Of a stretch of DNA of 64,000 nt, positions 1-10,347 are shown piece after piece. Position 1 is the first letter of the stretch, and each line of letters begins with the position of its first letter. The notes under the pieces were generated by a model. The model did no database searches. It worked only from the letters and a program-made list of their open reading frames with translations, and had not been told where the DNA came from. This stretch comes from Oligoflexia bacterium (GTDB lineage: Bacteria > Bdellovibrionota > UBA1018), in assembly GCA_963758495.1 (NCBI GenBank), contig CAVWVI010000003.1:384001-448000 (forward strand), written 5' to 3'. Position numbers and translations under genes: made by a program.

Positions 1-31
1 CCGCTAAAAAAACGGGCCGGAAAATAATTTA

Positions 32-1363
32 ATGCTCACATACGGAATTGATTTCGGAACATCAAATTCACTTATTGGAGCCGCTGACGAAAGTGGCTTG
101 AGGGGATTCGTACCTTTGAATCCAGGTGCACCCAATCCTGAAGTACTCAGAAGCCTACTCTATTTTCCCAATGCCAAGGAAGTATTTTTTGGAGCCAATG
201 CCATCCAGGAATTCAGTGCTAGAGATCATACAGGAAGATTCATTCGTTCCGTGAAGAAACAATTACCCAGCCGCAGCTTTCTCGGTACTTATATTGATAA
301 TCGCCCATTTAATCTTGAAGATCTCATCGGTGTGTTTCTCGGAGAATTACGAAAACGGGCAAATATCTATTTTGATCAAGATGTGACACGCGTTGTTTTA
401 GGCCGTCCTGCACGTTTTGCTGTATTAGAGGCTGACGACCGCTATGCCGAAGGTCGCCTTGAACGTGCAGCTCGCATTGCAGGATTCAAAGATATTGAGT
501 TTCTACCAGAACCTGTCGCCGCTGCATTTGGATATGGACGTAATAGTCAGGATAGCTCTGCTAGCCAAAAAAGCTGTGCTAAAACGATAAGCGAACAGGA
601 GAATTCCAAAGTCTCCAGTTTAGTTCTTGCAGCCGACTATGGGGGAGGCACTTCTGACTTTACTATTTACCAGTTAGGTAATCGACAATTTCAGCCTTCG
701 GACGTCATTTCAATGGGGGGCATATCTCTCGCTGGAGACGCACTGGATGCAGCACTCATGCGCCATAGAATTTCTCATTATTTTGGCACGGGTGTGCAAT
801 ATCGAGTGCCCTTTGGATCTAATACCCTGACTATGCCAGCATATCTTATGGAGAGAATTTGTCATCCAGCAGAGATCTCCCTTTTACGTAAGCAAGATAC
901 ATTGGAATTCTTTAGAAATGTTAAGCAGTGGGCTCTCGGAGAAGAAGATCGAGCTAAAATGGACCGGCTGTTTACATTATTAGACGATCAGCTCGGATTT
1001 CCTCTTTTTGAACGGATCGAATCCACAAAAAGAATATTATCAATGAATGAATCCACACAGTTTGAATTTAATTACCCAGATATCAATATACTTGAGACGA
1101 TCTCTAGAAAGGAGTTTGAAGAATACTCATCTTCGGCGCTCGAATCCATTTCAAAATCACTAGATAACACTCTTCACTCTGCGCAAGTTAAGCCCGAAGC
1201 TATTGACCGCGTCCTTTGCACTGGGGGAACAGCTAAAGTCCCCTGGCTTCGTCAATCTTTGATCGACCGTTTTGGTGAGAATAAGATTTTTGATCTTGAT
1301 CCATTTAAGGGGGTGGGTCGCGGCCTCATGGAACGAGCATTTGAAGTTGCCCGAATTTCCTGA
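32..1363 (+). CDS. Hsp70-family protein (YegD-like)
   Basis: GIDFGTSNS phosphate-1 motif, EPVAAA, DYGGGTSDF and TGGTAKVP; 443 aa with no DnaK substrate-binding domain. Confidence 0.9.
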   Translation: MLTYGIDFGTSNSLIGAADESGLRGFVPLNPGAPNPEVLRSLLYFPNAKEVFFGANAIQEFSARDHTGRFIRSVKKQLPSRSFLGTYIDNRPFNLEDLIGVFLGELRKRANIYFDQDVTRVVLGRPARFAVLEADDRYAEGRLERAARIAGFKDIEFLPEPVAAAFGYGRNSQDSSASQKSCAKTISEQENSKVSSLVLAADYGGGTSDFTIYQLGNRQFQPSDVISMGGISLAGDALDAALMRHRISHYFGTGVQYRVPFGSNTLTMPAYLMERICHPAEISLLRKQDTLEFFRNVKQWALGEEDRAKMDRLFTLLDDQLGFPLFERIESTKRILSMNESTQFEFNYPDINILETISRKEFEEYSSSALESISKSLDNTLHSAQVKPEAIDRVLCTGGTAKVPWLRQSLIDRFGENKIFDLDPFKGVGRGLMERAFEVARIS

Positions 1364-1381
1364 ATTTAAAGAAAAGTCCAC

Positions 1382-4366
1382 CTAAGAGTTCTGGCTCTCT
1401 AAGGGTAACAAAAACTTGACTATTGTGCCCTTGCCTAAGGTACTTTCAAGATGGATCGTTCCACCATGGGATTCGATAATTTTTTTTGTAAGTGAGAGAC
1501 CAATTCCCGTACCTTGGTCTGGAGATTTGGTTGTAAAAAATGGATCAAAAACTCGAGGAAGAACTGTGTTCGCAATACCTTCTCCGGTATCACTGATAGA
1601 GATTTCAATTTTGTCATGGCCACCCATTCTACATTCTCTGATTTTGACCCAAACATGTCCGCCCGCAGGTGTAGCAAAGATCCCATTCCTAATCACGTTC
1701 AGAAGAGCTGTCTCTAATTCTTGAATACAAACTCGCAATGTCATATGTGATTGGCTCAGAGTACTTTTATCAAAGCTAAGCAGAACTCGTTTCTGTTGAG
1801 CCAACGGCTCCGCGAGGGTCTCGACGGTATTAAATAGAGTTGTCAGATGAATTACTTCTTTTTTCAACGGCTTTTTCCTGGAAATATCCAGCAGGGCACG
1901 AACCAAGTGAGCACACCTCTGAGTCTGACTTTCTATTGTAGTTAGGCCATTTTTTATGAATGACTCCTCCTGCAAGGATAAACTTTTTAAAAGAAACTGC
2001 ACATTCATGAGAATGGCTCCTAAAGGATTATTTAATTCATGCGAAATTCCTGCGATCAATGTACCTACCGCAGCCATCTTCTCCGATTGCACCAAAGACT
2101 CTTGAGTTTGCCGCAGATTTTTTAGCGTAGCTTCTAAATCCAGCAACGTACGATAAAGTCGAAAGGCTGATTGCACTCGAGCTTTAAGCTCTTCAGGAGC
2201 AAATGGCTTCCCTAAATAATCATTTGCGCCCGTTTTTAACCCTCTTACGATCTCACTATAGCTTGCTTTAGCTGTTAAAAGAATAATGGGTATATGTTGA
2301 AGTTCAGAACTTCCTTTAATGTGCGCCACAAGCTCTAAACCATCCATTTCAGGCATCATAATATCCGACACAATAATGTCGGGGCGCTTGACCTGGATTG
2401 CACTTAATGCTTGTAGTCCATTCTCAGCTTTATCGATACTATAGTCGTTAGTCAGAATTTCTGAAATATATTCACGCATATCTGCATTATCTTCAACAAT
2501 AAGCACTAAAGGTTTTTCAGCTTTTCCTTCTTCCTTTTCCTTTTCCTTCTCATTTTCCTTCTTGAAAACATCAGTGGGCGTGAGTGATATTTCCTTGAAC
2601 ATGAGTTCAGTTCGATGATCGGCTGCAGAATGACCTCCTGAAGAGCGCAAGAGATCAGCCCTTGACTTCATGATAGGGTCGGCACTTTTCGAGAACCGAA
2701 CAAAGAATCTTGAACCCTTTCCGGGTTCGCTTTCCAAACCTACTTGACCCCCCATAAGATGTGTGAATTCTTTAACCAGAGCTAAACCAATTCCTGTTCC
2801 CTCGTGTTTTCTTGTTGTCGAGCTGTCGAGCTGCTGGAATCTCTGAAAGAGTAGTCTTTGCTTTTCAGGAGCAATACCAGGCCCAGAATCCGAGACAGAA
2901 AGCTCAATACTCTCTTTAATTGAACGAAGCTCCACCTGGATCCATCCTCCTTGAGGTGTGAATTTGAGCGCATTGCCGAGGAGGTTGAGTATAATTTTTT
3001 CAAATTTTCCCCAGTCCAATGGAATTTGGCCTAAATCTGAATCGCATTTGAATTGGAGTTTAAGTCCCCTTTTTTCTGCTGTTGAAGATACATCTGTAAC
3101 GATCTCTCTTACTAAACATGCCGGATCGACAAGCTCCCAATGAACCTGAGTTTTTCCAGCTTCAATTTTAGAAAAATCTAAGATGTCATTCACAAGCGCG
3201 TACAATCGTGAACCATTCCTCCGAATTCGTTCCAACTCCACTCGAAGCCTGGGAGACAATTCTGGCTGCATAGTCGAAAGAATCATCTCTAAAGGTCCGA
3301 GAATTAATGTCAGGGGTGTTCTGATTTCATGACTGATCGTAGTTAAAAACTCGCTCTTGGCTTGAGCAGCTGCCTCGGCAGCTTTCTTTGCCTTTTCAAG
3401 CTCTTCTTCCATTCGCTTTCGTTCTGTAATGTCTACGAAGCTTCCAAGAAGGCCAATGATGCTTCCCTCTTCATTACGAAGTGGCACCTTACTTGTCAGT
3501 AAAATGCGCTCTCCACTCCCCTCTTGCCTCTGAGGTTCCTCAATATCTATCATAGGCTCGCCACTTTCCATGACAGCGAAATCACACTTTCTGAAATAAT
3601 CGGCCTGTTCTTTTGGGAAAAAATCATAATCGTTCTTTCCAATGAACTCGTCGATTGTATTGACTCCTAATGCCTTATTGAGAAAGTTGATATTTCCACC
3701 TAGAAAGCGGTCTTCTCGATCCTTCCAAAAAATAGCGTGTGGAACAAAATTGATAATGTACTGAAGCAGAATCTGCTGTTTACGAAGCTCTTCTTCAGCC
3801 CTTCTCCGTTCTGTTACATTGTGCATGGAGGCAATCGCACCTATTTTCTTACCTTGAGAATCAAAAATTGCTTGTGCATCCACCGACACACGAATTAATG
3901 GGGCATTCTTTGGAGCAATGACCATTTCTAAATTATGCACCTTTTCACCTTGAAGTGCACGATAGAGTGGAATATCTTCCTTTTCTAAAGGTATTTTTCC
4001 ATCCGGCCTATAGAGATCATAATGTTGTGCCCACTGCTCGGGAGGAATTGGGCTCTCTGAAAAACCATGAAATTCTCGTGAGGCACGATTAAAGACCGTT
4101 AAGATACCGTTTGAATCACAGGCAACAATTCCGTCTTTCATATTATTCAGTACAGCAGTCAAAAACTCCTTCTCATTATAGAGAGCTTCTTCGATTCGCC
4201 TGCGACTGACGATTTGCTCTCTCATCCGATCATTTGACTGGGAAAGTTCAATTGTTCTTGCCTTAACTCTTTCCTCCAACTCTTCGTGCACTTGTCGAAG
4301 CTCCTCTTGCGTACGCTTCAGAGTGCGCTTCAGCTCTACCAGATTGTCTTTATCTTCACTGACCAT
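1382..4366 (-). CDS. Hybrid sensor histidine kinase: coiled coil-PAS-PAS-HisKA-HATPase-REC-HisKA-HATPase
   Basis: H-box SHEIRTPL, N-box NLLGNALKFT, G-boxes DSGPGI/GTGIGL, receiver VEDN...SDIMMPEMDG...KPF, second H-box SHELNNPL and DPFFTTK...GTGIGL. Confidence 0.92.
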   Translation of the reverse strand: MVSEDKDNLVELKRTLKRTQEELRQVHEELEERVKARTIELSQSNDRMREQIVSRRRIEEALYNEKEFLTAVLNNMKDGIVACDSNGILTVFNRASREFHGFSESPIPPEQWAQHYDLYRPDGKIPLEKEDIPLYRALQGEKVHNLEMVIAPKNAPLIRVSVDAQAIFDSQGKKIGAIASMHNVTERRRAEEELRKQQILLQYIINFVPHAIFWKDREDRFLGGNINFLNKALGVNTIDEFIGKNDYDFFPKEQADYFRKCDFAVMESGEPMIDIEEPQRQEGSGERILLTSKVPLRNEEGSIIGLLGSFVDITERKRMEEELEKAKKAAEAAAQAKSEFLTTISHEIRTPLTLILGPLEMILSTMQPELSPRLRVELERIRRNGSRLYALVNDILDFSKIEAGKTQVHWELVDPACLVREIVTDVSSTAEKRGLKLQFKCDSDLGQIPLDWGKFEKIILNLLGNALKFTPQGGWIQVELRSIKESIELSVSDSGPGIAPEKQRLLFQRFQQLDSSTTRKHEGTGIGLALVKEFTHLMGGQVGLESEPGKGSRFFVRFSKSADPIMKSRADLLRSSGGHSAADHRTELMFKEISLTPTDVFKKENEKEKEKEEGKAEKPLVLIVEDNADMREYISEILTNDYSIDKAENGLQALSAIQVKRPDIIVSDIMMPEMDGLELVAHIKGSSELQHIPIILLTAKASYSEIVRGLKTGANDYLGKPFAPEELKARVQSAFRLYRTLLDLEATLKNLRQTQESLVQSEKMAAVGTLIAGISHELNNPLGAILMNVQFLLKSLSLQEESFIKNGLTTIESQTQRCAHLVRALLDISRKKPLKKEVIHLTTLFNTVETLAEPLAQQKRVLLSFDKSTLSQSHMTLRVCIQELETALLNVIRNGIFATPAGGHVWVKIRECRMGGHDKIEISISDTGEGIANTVLPRVFDPFFTTKSPDQGTGIGLSLTKKIIESHGGTIHLESTLGKGTIVKFLLPLESQNS

Positions 4367-4422
4367 TTTGCCCCACTCATCAGATCCTTATTGATCTGAG
4401 GTTTAAACGTATTTGACAGTCC

Positions 4423-6810
4423 TCACCCCGTTGTAAGCATTCCACTCGCTATCCCTGTCACAGTATGACGAAACAGAGAAGAGTCCTGCCCTTCAATTGC
4501 AAGAATCTGTAAAAGATTGAGAGGATGAATCATGGGAGCACGCAATCGAATACTAGCACCCAACCAAGGTCGGAACCAGAGCAGATTATCTTGCTCAGAA
4601 ATAAATTTAATAAATTCTAGGGTAAATTGAAATTCATCGTCAAAAAGTGTTTCAATACGAATGATGAGATCCCTAGCTAAACCGCTTTCACTCAGATAAA
4701 GTTTCCAAATAGGTAATTCTACTTTTGCAAGTGTAAATCCTAAAGCTCTCACAAAGGATGAAAATACTGGCTCTTTATAAAAAGCTTCGCGCAACTCCAT
4801 CCGAGATTGATGATCAAAGCTTTTCCAAGTGGACCCGACTCCCCACCAAGTTGGAAATAGCACTCGTGTTTGGGTCCAACATAAAACCCAGGGAATCGCA
4901 CGTAAGGATTGCACAGAAAGCTGCGTATTTCGACGAGCAGGTCTAGATCCAATTTTCAGTAAATTTAAATAAGAATAAGGAGTTGATTTTTCTACTGTTT
5001 TTAGAAAATCTGAATCTTCAATTATCTTTCGATATTTCTCTGAAACTCGATCTGAAAATTCTTGAACAATGGAAAGGTGAGGTGTCACTGAAGATCGATC
5101 AAGAGAATGATTCGCACTTGCTGCAATCCTTTCAATCTGACCTCGTGTAATTTCTGGGGTAGAAAGCGAACGTTCGACCATCTCACCTTGTATTGTTACT
5201 TTATAGATTTGCAATGCTGAAGCTGGCCACCACGCAGTTTGATCTTGAACACTCCCACCACCACGATCGACGCTCCCCCCGGAGCCTTGAAAGAACACAG
5301 GTTTTACTTTCTCAACCTTCTCTGCATTCTCATACTTGCATATAAGATCTATTCGATTCATAGCTTGAGCTATCGCAAGACGACTTGGAAAAACCCCGCT
5401 CTCTTTTGCTGAATCCGAGTAACCTAACATGACTTCAAGACTCCCACCCCAATTCTCCGAAATATCTTTTCCAATCAAAGGATCTTGAATCATTTGAAGA
5501 ACGATTTCCGCCGCTCCATCCAGCGACTCCATCTGTTCAAACAGTGGAATCACCGGAATTCTTGCGCAGCCAAATACCTTATGTACTTTTGTATGAGCTG
5601 CACGCAAATGCTCGATTGAATTCGCCATGCTCACAATGAACCCACGAGTATACCATCGTGGGTCTCCTCCTTGAGCAATTTGAGAAATTAAGTCGAGCAT
5701 ACGATCGATTGCGAGCTTCGATCTTTCTTTAGGATTAGACATCAAAATATCCGAAGACTCCCGAAGCTCAAGCGGAACGACCAAACCAGGAAATACATGA
5801 AAAAGTTGTTTCAATCGTATCAATAGAGGGTGAATTACGCCTATCTGGGTTTCATATTTACTCATAACTCGACGGAGCTTTTTACGAACCTTCATGACCC
5901 GAGCCCCATCACGACTTCGAATTTCTCGAAGCAAAATAAATTTATGAGATAATTCAGATAAATCTGACTTAATGGATAAACTCGGAAGCAATGAAAGAGA
6001 TTCTCCTACTCCCATTAAACAGCTTTTGGCAAAGCGAATGAGATGCGCTCTTGAAATCATCAGACTTTCACGCATGACTTTTTCATCGACAGCTGGATGC
6101 CCGTCTTTATCTCCCCCAACCCAACTCCGTACATAAACGGGAACAACCTCTCGACTCGCATCTAAAAGACTTGTCAAAGTGGCATTCGCTAGGAGCAGTG
6201 AGTAAATATGCTCAGCTTCATCTTTTACATGAGGAGTTCGTTCTCGAACTATGGAAATTCTCCAAGCAAGCTCTAAATCATGGCGAAGTTTATTTTCTAA
6301 ACTCACTTTTAAAAAATCTCCATTCAATGCATCCATTAACGTACGCTGAATTGAATGAAAAACGAGGATATTTTGAGGAGAACGAGCTTCAGTCGGATGA
6401 GCAGTGAGGACATAAATAATAGTTTCAATATTTAATTTTGACTCTACCCCTCCTTCTTTTGACAAGTTCAAATGTTTCAGTCGCGCGTGCTGCGCTAAAC
6501 GACAACTTCGGTAAGCATTTTCGCAACCGTTCATGAGCTCAAGCATTAGAGTGAAGGATCGCGCCACAATCATTCGTTCTTTTGAGTTCATCTGACGCAG
6601 TTGAACCAACTGCTCTTGGAGGACTCTCTTAACTATAAGATCGTCACTCTCTCGCAATCGCGTCATATTTATACGCAAGGTTTCAATAGCATGAAAAAGC
6701 TGTTCCCCCACTTCACGTTTTATGACCCCTCCCAGAAGCTCAACAGACCACTTCACAAGTTCACGTAATTCGATCGGTAACGAATCCATTTCTGGAAGAT
6801 CTCGAATCAT
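4423..6810 (-). CDS. ppc: Phosphoenolpyruvate carboxylase (divergent bacterial type)
   Basis: VLTAHPTE, SWVGGDKDG, VMLGYSDSAKESG, LRAIPWV and C-terminal GIASGMLTTG; start placed at ATG 6810 to avoid overlap with the upstream regulator (ORF track gives 6864). Confidence 0.88.
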   Translation of the reverse strand: MIRDLPEMDSLPIELRELVKWSVELLGGVIKREVGEQLFHAIETLRINMTRLRESDDLIVKRVLQEQLVQLRQMNSKERMIVARSFTLMLELMNGCENAYRSCRLAQHARLKHLNLSKEGGVESKLNIETIIYVLTAHPTEARSPQNILVFHSIQRTLMDALNGDFLKVSLENKLRHDLELAWRISIVRERTPHVKDEAEHIYSLLLANATLTSLLDASREVVPVYVRSWVGGDKDGHPAVDEKVMRESLMISRAHLIRFAKSCLMGVGESLSLLPSLSIKSDLSELSHKFILLREIRSRDGARVMKVRKKLRRVMSKYETQIGVIHPLLIRLKQLFHVFPGLVVPLELRESSDILMSNPKERSKLAIDRMLDLISQIAQGGDPRWYTRGFIVSMANSIEHLRAAHTKVHKVFGCARIPVIPLFEQMESLDGAAEIVLQMIQDPLIGKDISENWGGSLEVMLGYSDSAKESGVFPSRLAIAQAMNRIDLICKYENAEKVEKVKPVFFQGSGGSVDRGGGSVQDQTAWWPASALQIYKVTIQGEMVERSLSTPEITRGQIERIAASANHSLDRSSVTPHLSIVQEFSDRVSEKYRKIIEDSDFLKTVEKSTPYSYLNLLKIGSRPARRNTQLSVQSLRAIPWVLCWTQTRVLFPTWWGVGSTWKSFDHQSRMELREAFYKEPVFSSFVRALGFTLAKVELPIWKLYLSESGLARDLIIRIETLFDDEFQFTLEFIKFISEQDNLLWFRPWLGASIRLRAPMIHPLNLLQILAIEGQDSSLFRHTVTGIASGMLTTG

Positions 6811-6823
6811 AAAAAGGTACTCT

Positions 6824-7216
6824 CTATTCTCCAAGCGCCTGCCGCACAAGAGCAAGAACTTCATCTAATCCAAACGGCTTTCGAATATAGCCAAATGCTC
6901 CAAGTCTCTGATATTCATTAATAACTTCATCCGTTATAAAACCACTTGCAATAATAACAGGCAACGCTGAATCAAGCTTTTTTAATTCGGCTAGTGTTTC
7001 CAGACCGCTAATACCAGGCATCTTGAGATCCGTCATGGCAAGATCAAAGTGTCCTATTTTTGCAGCATGTATTGCATCTTTTCCGTTTGTAGCCGTGGCC
7101 ACATCGTATCCTGTATATTCAAGAATGAGTTTCAATGCATTGAGGATCGCAAGGTCATCGTCAATCACTAGGATTTTAAATTTATTCCTATGAACGTTAT
7201 TTAAAGTAGAGTCCAT
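6824..7216 (-). CDS. Single-domain response regulator (receiver)
   Basis: ILVIDDD, TDLKMPGISG and IRKPF receiver motifs; 130 aa. Confidence 0.92.
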   Translation of the reverse strand: MDSTLNNVHRNKFKILVIDDDLAILNALKLILEYTGYDVATATNGKDAIHAAKIGHFDLAMTDLKMPGISGLETLAELKKLDSALPVIIASGFITDEVINEYQRLGAFGYIRKPFGLDEVLALVRQALGE

Positions 7217-7474
7217 CTAGTGGTTCTCGCTTTCTAAGGGTAATAAAAGCTTGATCGTCGCACCCTTGCTTAAGGTACTTTCAAGATGAATAGTTCCGCT
7301 CACAAGATAGTTAAATTTTTTAATTAGAGGCAAACCTATTCCCATTCCCTCATCTTTTCTTGTAGTCGAACTATCGAGCTGCTCAAATCTTTGAAAGAGT
7401 AACCTTTGTTGTTCAAAAGCAATACCAGGCCCAGAAGAAGCGCCTGAAACGCTCTCACCCACCAATCGACCCAC
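7217..7474 (-). pseudogene. Histidine-kinase HATPase remnant paralogous to the kinase at 1382..4366
   Basis: SGPGIA...LFQRFEQLDSSTTRK..GMGIGL matches HATPase-1 and GTIHLESTL.KG...LPLES matches the HATPase-2 C-terminus of that kinase; no H-box. Confidence 0.75.
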
Positions 7475-7612
7475 ATCGAGATAGTTTTATAATTTTCTAA
7501 CACTTTACCCCCTTTGTCTAGATTCCCTATTTTTTCGGATCAAAATAAGTAATTGCAAGTCAATAGGTTCATTACTTTGTCACTAATATTGCAGATTACA
7601 TTTATAGGACTT

Positions 7613-8581
7613 ATGAAAAAAGACCCATGGCCAAAACTACCTTACACAGACTGGAAAAAGACTCGTGATACTCTCCATAGGTGGATCCAGATTATTGGGA
7701 AAGTTCGAACTACCCAAACGCCGTGGACAAATCATTCTTGGAATTCTACTCTCTATGTCACCTCAAGAGGCATGACAACCTCTCTCATCCCAAATAGCAT
7801 TCGCAACTTTTCGATTGACTTTGACTTCATTCATCATCGTCTTGAAATCCTAGCAAGTGATGGAACACAACGTCGATTTCCGCTAAAAAGTGAATCAGTA
7901 GCAAGTTTCTATGAACGCTTTTGTGCCATTATGTCAGATCTCGGGATTACACTTTTATTTGTACCGCGACCCAACGAAGTTCCAGATCCCATTCCTTTTG
8001 CCAACGACACGAACCACTCCACTTATGATCCTGAAGCTGCCTATCGATTTTGGCAGACTTTAGTACAAGTCACTACAGTATTTCAAGAATTTCGTTCAAA
8101 ATTTTTAGGCAAATGTAGCCCAGTCCATTTTTTCTGGGGAAGTCTAGATCTCGCAGTAACCCGTTTCTCAGGGCGTAGAGCTCCTGAGCATCCAGGAGGA
8201 ATTCCAAATCTTTCAGATGAAGTTGTTAAAGAAGCTTACTCTCATGAAGTGAGTAGTTGTGGATTCTGGCCGGGAAATAACATGATTCCTTATCCCGCAT
8301 TCTATAGTTATGCTTACCCACAACCAGACGGGTTTGAGACAGCACAAAAAATCGTAGACGCTGCCTTTTATAATCATACACTTAAAGAATATATTTTACC
8401 TTATGACGAAGTAAGAACCTATTTTGCGCCTAAAGACTTACTTCTTTCATTTCTCCAAAATACTTACGAATGTGCAGCAAATCTTGGAAACTGGGACCGC
8501 AACCTCTTGGAAGACAGCTATTATCTAAATATTCTCCAGGAAAAACAAAAAAAATCACATATAATATTAAGATCAGCATAA
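7613..8581 (+). CDS. Conserved protein, DUF5996 (Ava_C0101-like) family
   Basis: WPKLPY..W..T..TLH.W.QIIGKVR, SPVHFFWGSLDLAVTRFSGR and YSHEVSSCGFWPG; ATG at 7613 after AGGA (ORF track starts at 7553). Confidence 0.75.
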   Translation: MKKDPWPKLPYTDWKKTRDTLHRWIQIIGKVRTTQTPWTNHSWNSTLYVTSRGMTTSLIPNSIRNFSIDFDFIHHRLEILASDGTQRRFPLKSESVASFYERFCAIMSDLGITLLFVPRPNEVPDPIPFANDTNHSTYDPEAAYRFWQTLVQVTTVFQEFRSKFLGKCSPVHFFWGSLDLAVTRFSGRRAPEHPGGIPNLSDEVVKEAYSHEVSSCGFWPGNNMIPYPAFYSYAYPQPDGFETAQKIVDAAFYNHTLKEYILPYDEVRTYFAPKDLLLSFLQNTYECAANLGNWDRNLLEDSYYLNILQEKQKKSHIILRSA

Positions 8582-8611
8582 GTTATTCAACACTAAGCTC
8601 GAGTTCTTTAA

Positions 8612-9445
8612 CTAAAAAGTAAATCCAAGTTGAAGCCCACTCTGAAGTATAAGACTTGAACTATAAGGAATCATAGAAACTTGCGCCCCCAAGTGCAACG
8701 CTGACTGGGAAGGCCGCCAACGCATTCCTAGAGAATAAAAGAAAACGGAAGACGAGGGAACAAACGAGATCCCTGTCTCCGCAAATGAGAAAAGAAGCAG
8801 ACCATAGTCAATCCCACACCACGCGCTCCAACTTTCTCTTCCTGTCTGCTCTTCCCAGAAGGCAGGCTCTATCGGAAGCCGAACTCCTCCTCCAAACATA
8901 AAATTATTCACCCCACTCTCTAGACCTCCAACATTAAATCCACCAGAGAATAAGTGAAGACCTAAACGCCGTTTAATCCAAAAAGTAGTTTGTTCATTGA
9001 TCATGAATGAGTTAGGAGGCGAAGATTCTCGATTATTAAGAGAAGTAAAATAGAGAAGCCCCCCTTCTGGCTCGAAGGAAAGCCAAGGCGATGAATCACC
9101 CTCATTATCTGGCCATACCAGAAAGAGAAGAGAACCTGTTAGAATACCCGCACCAGTCACAGCCAGATGGTTAAAATTAAAAATAGGATCATAAAATTCT
9201 TGCTTTGAAAACTGCACAGCTAGGATTGCAAGGGCAGGTATGAGTACTGCTGGAGCTGTGCTGACACCAGCTTCCTTAAGAAGAAAAGCTCCAGTTAATG
9301 CCCCCTGAAGTGGAGGAAAAAAATGAGTTATCCCGTCATAGTCAGTAAAATAGGTGGACTCCGCATAAGAATAGTTACTGAATAATAAATAAAATCCAAA
9401 AATGAACTGTAATTTTTTTAATTTTAGTTTAACTCTATGCTTCAT
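8612..9445 (-). CDS. Hypothetical exported protein with probable C-terminal beta-barrel
   Basis: Signal-peptide-like N-terminus, alternating hydrophobic strands and terminal LQLGFTF aromatic signature. Confidence 0.55.
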   Translation of the reverse strand: MKHRVKLKLKKLQFIFGFYLLFSNYSYAESTYFTDYDGITHFFPPLQGALTGAFLLKEAGVSTAPAVLIPALAILAVQFSKQEFYDPIFNFNHLAVTGAGILTGSLLFLVWPDNEGDSSPWLSFEPEGGLLYFTSLNNRESSPPNSFMINEQTTFWIKRRLGLHLFSGGFNVGGLESGVNNFMFGGGVRLPIEPAFWEEQTGRESWSAWCGIDYGLLLFSFAETGISFVPSSSVFFYSLGMRWRPSQSALHLGAQVSMIPYSSSLILQSGLQLGFTF

Positions 9446-9544
9446 AATTTTTGGAAGATAATCTTATTTTATACTGTGTGAATGCTTTTTGAGAAGCGTA
9501 TTCGTTACAAGTAAGATAGGGTTCGTGTTTTAGTATTTTTTAAA

Positions 9545-10345
9545 TTAAAAACCAAAAACAACCATAAAGGCAAATGAGTTAACCGTACTCCCTTGCACTG
9601 CTAATGGACTCAACGCAGTCGTACTACCACTGCTGTTGCTAAAATTTGCAGTTGTATCAGAATAAGTTTCACGGGCGACTCGGAACATCAACATTTTCCA
9701 TTGAAGAGCCGCCATTAGACCTACACTACTCTGACTCATTGTAAAACTTGGAGTGGTATAATCACTAAAGCTGTACATCCGGAGATTGTAAGATAACTTT
9801 GGGCCTATGCTGAGAGACCAGTTTCCAAAAAGCAACGGATAGACAGGAATAGCAATATAGGCTCCAAAACCAAACATAAAGGGGTCAGGAGTAGTTGTAG
9901 ACGTACTGGTAGAGGCATTGACTCCATTTGTTGTAGGTTTATTAGAATTACTAGATGACGAGGTATCTGAAGATACCTTAAAACCCATATCGAAATTAAA
10001 CCCTCCCTGTATCCCTACTATTCCATGAATGCGCTTCTCCATAAAAAGCAAGAGAGAGCCAAATCCATTTAGATTTGGATTTTGATAAGAGTTGGGAGAA
10101 TAACCAAATCCAACACCCCCTCCAAATCCATTTCTGGCGTTATGCAATCTCTGAGTACCTAATTCAGTTTCAGTAGAAACAAGTGAAGGTTCATTTGAAT
10201 TCGGATCAAAAGCGCTCTCTTCGAAATAAATAGCCTTTGCCTGTGACGGAAATAATAGCATCGTTCCAATGAACGACACGAGAAGAAGCTGCTTTAATCT
10301 ATTCAGGCCGATTGGGAAACTATTCAGATTATAAATAAATTGCAT
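9545..10345 (-). CDS. Hypothetical outer-membrane beta-barrel protein
   Basis: Signal peptide ending SQAKA, Gly/aromatic-rich strands, Ser/Thr-rich loops and terminal VVFGF; ATG at 10345 directly follows the upstream stop. Confidence 0.6.
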   Translation of the reverse strand: MQFIYNLNSFPIGLNRLKQLLLVSFIGTMLLFPSQAKAIYFEESAFDPNSNEPSLVSTETELGTQRLHNARNGFGGGVGFGYSPNSYQNPNLNGFGSLLLFMEKRIHGIVGIQGGFNFDMGFKVSSDTSSSSNSNKPTTNGVNASTSTSTTTPDPFMFGFGAYIAIPVYPLLFGNWSLSIGPKLSYNLRMYSFSDYTTPSFTMSQSSVGLMAALQWKMLMFRVARETYSDTTANFSNSSGSTTALSPLAVQGSTVNSFAFMVVFGF

Positions 10346-10347
10346 TT

